From Octopus vulgaris (taxonomy: Eukaryota), in contig OX597814.1 in assembly GCA_951406725.2 (NCBI GenBank), positions 151,094,001 through 151,158,000 on the forward strand: a stretch of DNA of 64,000 nucleotides. The letters run 5' to 3'. Position 1 is the stretch's first letter. Every line of letters starts with the position of its first letter. This document shows, piece after piece, positions 52,411-64,000 of the stretch. Below the pieces are notes generated by a model. It made no database searches. It was not told the origin of the DNA and saw only the letters and a list, made by a program, of their open reading frames with translations. The translations under genes and the position numbers were made by a program.

Positions 52411-52719
52411 TATATATATATATATATATATACATACATACATACATACATACATAGTTGTGTGTATTTTTCCCTTGTTAACAATTAATACGGAAAAAAT
52501 AGATAAATAGTTACCAAGGTAGCAAAAAATCACACAAGTAAAAAGGTTGTAACTCCTTGTTTTAAAGGTAGAAACCTCGGGTTTACGTGAATTTTTTTGT
52601 ATAATATTTATAAATAAATAAATGGGGTTAAACGTAGGTGTTATTCAAATTCTTTTACTTCCGACACATATATATTTATGTACATATATATATACCTTTA
52701 TACATATATTTATATACTG

Positions 52720-55700
52720 TCATCGGCCACGTCAGAGATTTTGATTTTGATTTCACTTGCCTCAACAGGTCTTCGTAAGTAAATGAAGGGTACTCATAAG
52801 TAGGCTGGTTATACACCACTAACATAGGCCACGAGTTATGGTCTCACTTGGCTTGTCGGGTCTTCTCAAGCACAGCATAGCTCCAAAGGTCTCGGTCACT
52901 AGTCATTGCCTCGGTGAGGCCCAATGTTCGAAGGTCGTGTTTCAGCACATCATCCAAGTTCTTCATGAATCTACCTTAACTGCTAGGGTGTGACACTTTT
53001 TCACACAGCTGTCCTCATCCATTTGCAAAACATGACCATACCAGCGCAGTCGTCTCTCTTGCACATCACACCTGGTGCTTCTAAGTCCAACTTTTCTCTC
53101 GGGGCGCTTACACTCTGTCGTGTATGCACACTGACATTTTACACATCCAGTGGAGCATACTTGCTTCATTCCTTGCAAGCTTACGCATGTCCTCAGCAGT
53201 CACGGCCCATGTTTCACTGCCATATAGCATGGCTCTTCGTACACATGCGTCATACAATCTACCTTTTACTCTGAGCGAGAGGCCCTTTGTCACCAGCAGA
53301 GGTAGAAGCTCTCTAAACTTTGCCCTGGCTATTCTTATTCTAGCAGCTACACTGTCAGAGCATCCACCCCAGTTACTGACTTGGTCACCTAAATAACAGA
53401 AGCTATCAACTATTTGTAGTTTTTTTCTCTGGAATGTGACAGAAGCTGTTCTCTGCACATTTTCAGTGTTTATTGCTCCTGAGCATTTGCCACATACAAA
53501 AACTATATTCCCAGTAAGCCTTCCTTCGATATTGCTGCACCTCTTATGTGTACATAGCTTACACTGGGTACATCTTATGGAGTTTCTACCTATGCCTTTT
53601 CTACAGATCGAGCAGGGCCATCTACCCGAGGGGAATTGTGGTTTGTCTGCCTTCCTACTCACTAAGACTTTGGGTTTTGCTAGGTTGACTCTAAAGTCCT
53701 TTGATTCTAATCCTTGCTTCCACACCTGAAACTTTTCCTCTAGTTCTAGTAGTGACTCAGCAATTAGAGCAAGGCCATCAGTATAGAGGAGCTCCCAGGG
53801 GCATCTTGTCTTGAATTCCTTTGTTATTGCCTGTAAAACTATGATGAATAAGAGAGGGCTGAGGACTGATCCTTGATGGACCCCTACCTCTACTTGGATT
53901 TCTTCACTGTACTCATTGCTAAACCTCACCTTACTGACAGCATCATTGTACATGGCTTGCACAGCTCTCACTAACCATTCATCTATCCCTAGTTTCCTCA
54001 TTGACCACCAGATAAGGGATCGAGGACCCTGTCAAAGGCTTTCTCCATGTCAACGAAAGCCAGGTACAAAGGTTTATGTTTGGCTAGGTATTTCTCCTGA
54101 AGCTGTCTTACCAGAAATATAGCATTAGTGGTGCTTTTCCCTGGCACGAACCCACACTGCATCTCATCTAGACTGACTCTCTCCCTAATTAGTTGGGCTA
54201 TGACCATCTCCATGGCCTTCATTACCTGATCCAACAACTTGATACCTCAGTAATTATTTGTATCTAAAGCGTCACCTTTACCTTTGTAGCAGTTGACTAT
54301 GGTGCTTCTACACCAGTCATTGAGTATGACTCTTTCATGTATCACCTGGTTGACTATATGGATGACTAGGCTATAGCAGACACAGCCAAATATTTTGAGC
54401 ATCTCTGCAGTGATTCCTGATGGGCCGGGGGCTTTCCCTGTCTTCATACCCTTAATTGCTTTATCAACCAAGGTACTGTCAATTCGGATAGCTGGTCCCT
54501 CTGTTGGGTCGGCATTCGGCAGACTCTCTTTCTCCCATTCATTCTCTTTATTTAGCAACCTTTCATAGTGGCGTCTCCAAAGCTCTCTCTTTGCAGCCTC
54601 GTTTAATGCAAGCAAACCATCATCCATGCGAACACATTTCTCTCCTACGACATCACGATTCTCGCTCACACACTGTCTGGCAAAACACGAATTACCTCAA
54701 GTCTTTGGTCCTCACGGCGCAGAGCATTGGCAGTTTTTTTCTTATCTGCTTCCCCTCTGGCTAAATTCCCTGCTACCACCATTCTTATAGTCCTTCCGAG
54801 CCTGTTTCTTTTCCCTAATTACCCTGTCAACAATATTGTTCCACCACCACGTAACTTTGGGTCGAGATCTGGTCAGTGGCCCTCAGCAGGTTATCCCGTA
54901 GAAACCTCCAGTTGTCTTCCCCATCATGTGATGCTACATCCCCCTCTATTCCGTCAAAAACTTCGAATAATACGTTTCTAAATCTCTGTCCATTCGCAGG
55001 ATCTTTAAGCTTCCAGACCCTTCTCCTCCATGCTGGTCGTCTTCTGGGCATCCATTTAGACCCGATCCTGAAGTCGCTAACTACCAGTCTATGTTGTGGG
55101 TACATTCTTCACCTGGGAAGGTTTTGGCATTTATAAGGAGCCATTTTTCCCTTTTTCTGGCGAGGATGTAGTCAATTTGACTAGTGTGTCTACCAGATCG
55201 GTAGGTGACTAGGTGACCGGCAGGTTTCCTGAAGCTAGTATTGCAAACCATAAGATCATTTGCATTGCAGAAATCCAGCAGCCTGGTTCCCTCCTCATTG
55301 CGGGAACCAAAACTATAGCCTCCATGTACGCCATGAAAGTTCCCTGCATGTTGTCCATGTCCATTGAAGTCACCAGCCACAAAGAGAAGGTGCCTGTCAT
55401 TCGCCAACGAGGTAATCAGCAAGAGGGTGTCATAAAATCGGTCTTTCTGTCCATCAGGTACCCCCGGCTGAGGGGAATAGGCCGAGATAATGGTTGCTAA
55501 CCCATGAGGTAGCACTAATCTAATCTTAAGTATTCTATTGCAGACTCTGACTACCTCGATTACCTTATCAACCCATTTCTCCGCACAAAGTATGCCCACG
55601 CCCCCGACCCCGTCAGTGATCCCTGCCCAGAAAATCTTGTACCTATGTTCTTTGCCTGTGAAAAACTTAACAGAACCTCCTCTCCACCTACTTCTTGGAT

Positions 55701-55860
55701 GCAGCACAGATATACACGTCTCCCTTCAAACATCTCAACAATCTCACCAGATCTACCTTTCAGTGTGCCCACGTCGAGTGTGCCAGCCCTGAGGGTTTGG
55801 GAGGTGTGTGCCTGTGAGACCCTGGGATGGGGGACAGCAGCGTCATGTACCTGTAAAGAA
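52720..55860 (-). mobile_element. Near full-length RTE-clade LINE, frameshifted, with a PHD-like finger inside the RT
   Basis: APE motifs GTLDVGTLKG, CCIQE, AGDFNGH and SQIDYIL; KAPGPSG; FVDMEKAFDRV; GVHQGSVLSPLLF; MLYGSETW; RLRWYGHV. Confidence 0.93.
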
Positions 55861-56618
55861 AGCTCGCATTTAGCAGAATCCATATACAAACAATAGCCTT
55901 CAACCTACATATACTACACCATCATTTTTATGCGCTACATGATCACTGCTTTACATAGGAGATAAACCTTAAGTAGAAATGTTTATGGGAGACAACCAAA
56001 ATATGTCACCGGTACAGGTAGTGGGGGTGGGAGAGCGGGCGTACCGCGAAATAGCAGAATTAGAGAAGAACATCTGGACTTGTATTCTTTTGGTGGAGTT
56101 ATTAAAATGAAGTAGCGGAATCCGAGTGAGCTAGATTATATAGGGAGGGGTGGTGGAGGAGGAGGGGGGAAATGTTGAAGAAGCAAGTGGTTATCGAAAC
56201 GGAGAGAGAGAGAGTGGGGGACCAGGGTTAAGGTGGTCAAGGATTGAACACAAGGGAGAAAAATATTCTTTGGGGATTTGGGGTAACATAATTTAATGAA
56301 AGAACAAATGCTAATAACTGTGGAATAGAATTGAAAAATCTTGGAATTTTCGGTCAGCTAATCTGTGACAAATTAGTGAAATAGGTAACGATGTGATAAA
56401 ATTGAATAAATAAATAAGTGACGATAGTAAATGCGCGTGAATGGAAGTTTGTTTTTAAAACATAACAGCGTTGAAGACAAAACTATATTTAAACTATGTA
56501 TATGTAGGTAATGAAACAGATAGAATAATGAAAAAAACTAATAAGGGGATTATGATCTGCACAGAGAAGTGCTTTATATTTATTTATATATATATTTATA
56601 TATATATATATATAAATG

Positions 56619-56649
<31 letters not shown>

Positions 56650-56655
56650 ATATAC

Positions 56656-56804
<149 letters not shown>

Positions 56805-57084
56805 TTATATTCGTATGTATGTACGCATGTGTGTATTAGGTTCTACACCAGGTAATGTCATGATGAACGAGTGCAACATACAAGAATGTTATATCTGTAT
56901 GCATTACTACATACACATACACACACACTTGTGGGGTGGGGTGGGGGTCGGGTGTGTTCATGTAAATACACATGCACAAGACATACAAATATAGATATAT
57001 GTATAGCTGTCTAAGGATCCTCAACTCATGAAATTACAGGCACTCGTACATCTGTTAACAGATCGATAAAATCAGCCGATTTTA

Positions 57085-57140
57085 CCAATCGGTTTCGCAC
57101 ACGAGTTAGGATAGAAACCATTCACCGCGCTCATCAAAAG
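57085..57140 (-). ncRNA. Degenerate hammerhead-like motif in a probable PLE terminus
   Basis: Minus strand TTGATGA-gcgcg...tgtgc-GAAA-ccga-TT, with a second CTGATGA at 57148-57154. Confidence 0.35.
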
Positions 57141-57523
57141 GGCTCCTTCATCAGAATAGAAAGAAGTGAAGATGATGAACGATAAAGGGATAAAGTAATA
57201 TATTGGAAAAAATAATATATAAGGTAAAATTAAATAGCTCATAAATCAACCATTATTGCTCGGCTGATCTGAAGTTGGGGTGGGGGTATTTTGTGTGGGT
57301 GGCCTTTGTGAATCGTCGGCTGGCTGGCTAGTTTCAGTTCTCCAGTAAAAAAAAAAAATGAGCTCAAGTTATAAATTTCCGATCAATCATATCTGATAAG
57401 CATTCTAATTAGTTTTTCGATTGTAAGAAGATTTTTTTAATACGAAACAGTTTGTTAACCACGAACTGGCTGTTATGAGAGTAAATATATAATAGTGCAT
57501 TAGTAATATATCCACTCTAATCC

Positions 57524-57800
57524 TGGACCGGGCTGCGTGTTGTGTTCTTGAGCAAAGCACTTTATTTCACGTTGCTCCAGTTCATTCAGCTGTAGAAATG
57601 AGTTGCGACGTCACTGGTGCCAAGCTGTATCGACCTTTGTCTTTCCCTTGGATAACACTGGTGGCGTGGAGAGGGGAGGCTGGTATGCATGGGTGACTGC
57701 TGGTCTTCCATAAACAACCTTGCTCGGACTTGTGTCTAGGAGGGTAACTTTCTAGGTGCAATCCCATGGTCACTCATGACCGAAGGGGGTCTTTACCCTT
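57524..57800 (+). mobile_element. 5'-truncated SINE (CORE-like centre)
   Basis: gttgtgttcttgagcaaagcactttatttcacgttgctccag, shared with 47850-48100. Confidence 0.6.
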
Positions 57801-57949
57801 ATTTCATATACTATTATGCTCTTTTTCACGAAGTGTTGGAAACTTTTAGTGTATGTGTGTGAGTATGTATGATCATGCGTGGATGCAAATATTTATATGC
57901 ATATATCTTTTATGTATATATTTACATAAATGCATTCATGTGGGTATCA

Positions 57950-58037
<88 letters not shown>

Positions 58038-58601
58038 CGGTAGGTGTGATGTACAGAAATTGAATATTGAGAAAAAAATGTTGTCAGAATTTTGGAAAAA
58101 AAAATCGTTTTCTTTTTTTCATTATTATTAGCGCTTTCGTTCCTTTCTCGAGCTTGTCGAATAAAATTTTGTGAATGTATACCGTATTTTTGGGTGAGGT
58201 TCCATGACTAATTTGAGAAACCAAAGAAGGCGCTAATAATAATGAAGAAATAAAAACATTTTTTTCGAAAATTCTGACGACTTTTTTTCTCAATATATAT
58301 ATATATATATATATTTGTGTGTGTGTGTAGTTATACATATGTCTGTATGTGTATATATATGTGTGTGTGTGTGTAAATAAGTGTGTACATGCACACACGC
58401 ACACGTCAAGGTCACCAGCCCTCTTCCACACGCACATGTATTCTCTCTTATACACACACACGCGCACCTTAATTTTGGGATCACCATTACTTTATTATCT
58501 CCCCTTCTTCCTAGCTCTTCTGTGTGACCGCTCTGTCCGGCATTCGCCATGATAAATCGTTACACCTTCTTTATTTTCTCTCCCTGTTTCTTTCTGTGTT
58601 A

Positions 58602-58637
58602 CTTTCTGTGGAAGAGCGTAGGCTCGAAACGTTAAAG
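58602..58637 (+). ncRNA. Degenerate minimal hammerhead-like motif in a short TA-flanked element (about 58465-58730)
   Basis: cttt-CTGTGGA-a-gagc(gtag)gctc-GAAA-cg-TT-aaag. A6 is replaced by T. Confidence 0.4.
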
Positions 58638-58791
58638 ACTTTCTCACTTCCCGAGCGTTAAACTAATACATCTGTTTTTTGTCTACACCACTTGTCTTCG
58701 TCCTTTATTTTTTTTTGTGAATTCTCCCTGTATATATGGATATGTATATGTATATATCTGCATGTGTAAATATGTATGTATGTATGTACGC

Positions 58792-58862
<71 letters not shown>

Positions 58863-59687
58863 GTGTTGGTGTATTTGCAAGTATTGTTAGTATTATTTCT
58901 TGTAGTTACAGCTACTTTACATTCAGATAATTAAAGTTACATTACTTATATGCCGTTAATTAAAGTTTCTTGCTTGAAAGCAATCTTTGGTCAGAAGTAG
59001 GTGCCAGAAGTAATTACGAAACTGTCGTTTGTTATAATATTTGTGTGACATCGTGCGGAGAACAGCAAGTTACTTACATCCGATGTTGGGGTTAACTTCC
59101 TGCATGGCAACAATTTATATTCGTTATCACAATTTGCTTAAAATACCATGTTAATATTTGTCAAGTAATATTTATTCACGTGTCTTCAATTGTTCTTGTT
59201 TAAAAACGATTTATCTTTCAACATGATTTGCTATTTACTTCGTTGCAGAAATTTTACATCATATGCTGTTGATATATTTATTACTAAATGGCAATATAGA
59301 CAATGGTACTTGACAGTTCTTGACTCAAAACTCTTTTAATGGCCACAAGTATTTAGAAATGACTGTAGCTTTTCTCTCAATTCTGTATTTCAAATTTGAA
59401 TTAATGGCTTAGATAACTTTTCCTAAAAATTCTTTCAAATATTACAATCTGTGATGTATTTCATACACTGTTGGTCCTATAACATAAGCTGCTTCGATGC
59501 AATTTTTCTTTGCTTTTTTTTTTATTTTGGCTTTTTTGTTTCTGTTTGTTTTTTGTTGTTGTTGTTTTTTTCGCATTTCCGTGCGAAACTGCATGAATAT
59601 CACTAAACATCTGCTGTATGATGTCTCAAAAGGGCTATAACAGGCAAATCTTAACGGACCTGAGCAAGGACAGAAAAGCGTGTGTGT

Positions 59688-59725
<38 letters not shown>

Positions 59726-60383
59726 TCAAACAGAAAGCGTTCAAATACTCTATTATAATCCGAGGTATGGCTAACCGCAACGAATGATAAGGAGCACCCT
59801 AGGATTATTCGAGGTAAAACAATCATCCGATGGGTAAATCCAGAGTTCGCTTCTTTGAATTATAAACAGTTTACAGAGTGTGGTATGTCCAAAACAGTTC
59901 AATCAATAAGGAGAATAATACATTTACGCATTCTTTATTATTACAGTTATTCATACAGTATATTTAATATAAATCTTTCCGACACGTGTTTCTGCTGCAT
60001 GGATATCTCGTGATGTAGTTTTCATTTGCATCCAGTTTGTTCATCTGATTAAGAGTCTAAGCAGCTTTATTCAAGGGGGTGCACACTGCTGTGGCTTGAA
60101 GCGAACAAAAAGTATATTAGTTTAGGTAGTATTATATTTGATAAGAGACGGTATTTTTTGAGTTCAAAGAATTTAAAAGGGGCATTTAGAAACCTGAAAT
60201 TGCTATAAAAACATTTATCAGGATGATCCTATGATAACCCTAAGGTTTGAAAGAACCATCCTCGATGAGAGAGAATATACAACAAAGAATAAATTATTTC
60301 AAATGTGAAGTTTTACATACGAAGAATACAAATTATTTGGATAAGAGTTATTGCTAGAGTACAGGTAAACTTGATATTGCACT

Positions 60384-61464
60384 AACGTTCCCGGACTAGT
60401 TCTGTAGCACACCAACAGATGGCAGTACACGGTTGCGTACACAGAGAAAGCTTGCAGTGACCTTCATGAGGCAGTGTTCTGAGTGACTCGCTGAGTTTAC
60501 TTCACAAGTCGTGAAATTTGTTTTTGTGATCACGTATATGCTGTAGTCTACGATTTTGTCATGAACACGAAATTGGAACAAAGAGCCAACGAGAAATTTT
60601 GCGTTAAACTTGGAAAGTCTGCTATAGAGTTACTGAACAAGCTTTGGCAAGCTTGTGGCGATGAAGCAATGGATCGTACGCAATTTTTCAAGTGGTAAGA
60701 AGGAGAAAGAAGACATGCACTCAACACCAGAGCTGAAGACACCTCCGAAAGGTGGGAGCGCCACGTCAAAAGGGTAGAGGAGTAGGGGCCGAAACCGGAC
60801 ATGGTTCCTCCAGATGATGTTTTGAGCTAACTGGATCCTATAAATGAGCTGTTGTGGTAGCAGATCACGAAACATGGTTGAAATCCCTCAGGTGTTTTAG
60901 AAGTGGAAGGACGTCCCTGGAAGATGATGTGCGATCTGGAAGAACTGTCACGATCGTCTCCCCTGGAAATGTGATAATGTGCATCGAAAACTCGACCCCC
61001 AGGGCCAGGCCGTCAATCGAGAGTTCTACTGTGATGTTTTGAAATTTTTGAAGGAGGACATTCGGCGAAAGCGACCGGATCTGTGGAGCATGAAGGATTT
61101 GATTCTTCACGGCACAGTGGATCCTGTCAACAAGTTCTCCTCATTTGTGAGTTTCTCGCCAAAAACAATATGGCATCGCTAGATTTAGCACCTGCAGACT
61201 TCTATCTCTTCTCGAAGATGAAAATCCAGCTCAAAGGTCGCCGTTTTAACACCATTGTCGAGATCCAGAGCGAATCGCAGAAGGTCTTTGACTCGTTTAC
61301 GGAAAACGACATCCGGGCCGAATTGCAGAAGTGGCAGAAATGTTGGAACTGGTATACTGCTGCGCGAAGTGACTATTTCGAAGGATATGATGTTAAAAGT
61401 TAGGTAAATCAGTTATATTTTATTAAACATAACTGGTCCGGGAACTTTTTGATACTACCTTGTA
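60384..61464 (+). mobile_element. Internally deleted mariner transposon with a pseudogenised transposase
   Basis: TIRs aacgttcccggactagtt / aactggtccgggaacttt. Peptides EQRANEKFCVKLGKSA, FRSGRTSLEDDVRSGR and DLAPADFYLFSKMK..LKGRRF...DYFEG. Confidence 0.88.
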
Positions 61465-62899
61465 TTTTCCATGTATATTACAATTATATAGAATATAGTC
61501 AGCACAGCCGTATGGAATCACTGATCTATCAACTTGATATAGACCAATGTTAGGGATAGGAATTTAGTGCTTTTGTGTATCTAGTATGTATAAGCCAGCT
61601 AAGTCACATATATCAGCGTTATTTATTGAGGCATCAAATAGATCCACTTATTCAGAATTTTATTTATCCAAGCTGACTCTCTTTCAAAGAGCGAGCTTTT
61701 GTGTGTGCATGATCATCTCGATATCTGATTCATCGATGCTGACGCATCTGGCAAATTCAATAGCCTTGACAAGCAGGAGTCTCGATATCAAATTGTGAGA
61801 ATCTAAATCTAAACTTACTCTTTACACTTTCGAAACACTTGATGAATGTGCTCTTGAGCTACTGTTTCCCACGGTAGGAGCTCAGTTATTTTCCTAATCT
61901 TGTTTATATCTTTCAGTAGTTTTTAGTTACTAATCCTTACTCTGTATTCACAGGGTTTATTAGTCTATAAATAGGCTTACTCGTGAAATCATATTTACGA
62001 TCTTTTAACGTGTGAATGCCTTTCACTTTTAGTTAAACATTCTATCTAGTTATCTATCGCATTCCATTTGGTTAGATATTTAGCCCTTTCTGTGTAGCAA
62101 AAAGGCAAGACATTCTGCCTTAGTGGAAGTGCCACAACAGTTATCTAAATTTTAAACTGATATTTTCACCCATATATATCCATTGAGATGAGTTTACTGG
62201 AACTAACTGGGGGATACAATCTACACCAGGGTGAATACATCACAAACCATCATGCCAGCCGCAAAAAAAGCACTGCTGTTTTTCCAATCAGTTAAAAAAA
62301 ATCTCCACTTAGATCCAAAATTTACACAGTGCACATAACATTTTCACTTTGATGCACAATCACGACTGGTAAACCTTAAATCGAACACATTGACCATATC
62401 ACCACACCTTCACTAGCTCACTAAGACATCCAACCTACGTAATTTTGGCTCTAACAGAAACATCAAAGATTTTTCTATATTGAATTTCTTTAAATTTGAT
62501 AATTACTGCTATGACATGCAACATACGTTAAAGTATGGCAGAGTTCTGACCCTTTTCTGACAAATGACACATTCACTCTCAAGTGACGTTTTTCTCACAA
62601 AATCTCGTGCAGCTGACAGCCTATTTTGAAGTATACATACAGATAGAATTGATGATGCAAGAGTAAAAGAGAACCGCTTCAACTACGCTTAGCCAAATAA
62701 CTTTGTCCAAATATAAGATTGTTTATCACCAATAAGTTACTATACATGAAATATTCATAACTTTCAATTGCATTAAGCACTATAAATTGCTGAACCAATC
62801 AGTGGTATATTGTGTGTGCGCGCGCGCGAGTGCCCTGCTTAATATATATACTTATATATATTCATGTGTGTATCATATGCATATATGTATGAATGTATG

Positions 62900-63233
62900 A
62901 GAATATCATACATGCCTATACGAATAGCTAGATCAGATACCTTTTACCCGATTTCAATCAAATTTTCAACATGGTAAAGTGGAAGCGGATTTGTAATTTA
63001 AACGCGGAAATCTAATTTTTTATAAATGGCAGAGAGAGATCGAAAGAGAAAGATAAAGAGTAAGAGAAAGCGAGGGAGAATCCGAGAGAAAGGATGAGTA
63101 AGAGAGTGGGAAAGTGAGAGAGAAAGGAGAGAGAAACAAAGAGAGAGAATGTGGCGATAAGAAACAGAAAGGAAGCAACAGAAAGTAACAACCACACACT
63201 CTTCCGCGCGTAGAGCGGGTCACCTTCAGCTAG
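62900..63233 (+). mobile_element. Helitron-like non-autonomous element
   Basis: ccgatttcaatcaaa motif near the 5' end; 3' hairpin ccgcgcgtagagcgg followed by CTAG-T. Confidence 0.55.
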
Positions 63234-63329
63234 TATATATATATAAACCGAATAAACCGAAAAAAAAAGAAGAAACCGAAAAAATCAATACCCTAAAATA
63301 CCACCATCATCATCACCTCCAATCGAGAA

Positions 63330-64000
63330 CATTAACAACTTTGGAATCAAGGAAGCAACAACTGCAGGACAGTATGAGAACCCTCATAACCGACCAAAGA
63401 GCTGCAGATGAAGCCTGGGCTATTAAAAACATCAAGAATAATCCTAAAGTCTTTTACTCCTTTGCAAAAACACATAGGACCACAGTCTCCTCTATCGGCC
63501 CAGTGGCTGACGGAAACGGCATCCTTCACAGTGATGCCGGAGATATAGCTGAGATCCTGCAAAGTCAATACAGCTCTGTCTTCATTAACCCTTATTTAGT
63601 TGACTCAAGCAATTTTGCTTGTGAATCCTCAACATGTCCTTTCCGACATAAACTTCGACGCCACTGATATCCTAGCAGCAATAAAAGAAATCAAATCTGA
63701 CTCAGCAGTGGGTCCGAACTGGTTCCCTGATAGAGTGTTAAAGGAATGTAGACAGCAACTTGCAGCTCCTCTTGCAAATCTCTGGAAGAAATCACTGGAT
63801 GCCGGTTTTACCCCTCAAAACTTTCTCTCCCATTCAGTCGTTCCTATCTTTAAAAAGGGGAATAAATCGCTCCCTGTAAACTACTGTCCAATCTCACTCA
63901 CCTCACATATCATCAAAGTATTTGAGAAAGTGTTGAGATCAAGAATAACAGCCTTCCTAGAACAAAATCATCTCCTAAATTGCAACCAGCATGGCTTTCG
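63330..64000 (+). mobile_element. CR1-group LINE fragment running off the window
   Basis: NIKNNPKVFYSF, AEILQSQYSSVF, PIFKKGNK...PISLTSHIIKVFEK and NQHGF, with a frameshift. Confidence 0.85.

Noticed and set aside
61954-61975. cag|GGTTTATTAG... as an alternative TM7 or C-tail exon
   Set aside because: It stops after six codons and has no CFxN or VQ/VR motif.

Overview
Repeat-saturated, AT-rich animal DNA, most likely a coleoid cephalopod (Octopus-like; inferred from the SINE/LINE/Penelope families and the (TA)n/(CA)n density). The only host-gene signal I can support is two + strand exons of a class B1 (secretin/PTH-receptor-like) GPCR: the TM6-ECL3 exon at 35347-35485 and the 42-nt TM7 exon at 48540-48581. 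The whole window therefore appears to lie within very long introns of that gene. The remainder is transposon-derived: L1/Tx1-like, CR1-group, RTE and Dong/R4-like LINEs, Penelope-like elements (PLEs), tRNA-derived SINEs, mariner, piggyBac-like, hAT-like and Helitron-like elements, plus microsatellites and one 100-N gap. The most interesting signal is a Tx1-like LINE (11942-16178) that begins with a SINE head, ends with the same 3' tail as a young SINE subfamily, and sits at the GGTATTTCG site inside an older SINE. The young SINE occupies that same site three times in tandem at 19303-19839, which suggests a self-targeting SINE/LINE pair. Also notable are three fold-back PLE-type elements in (TA)n tracts and several minimal hammerhead-ribozyme-like motifs with non-canonical cores (U3:A8, U4C). 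Most ORFs in the supplied track are microsatellite translations. Element boundaries are read by eye and approximate unless stated otherwise.
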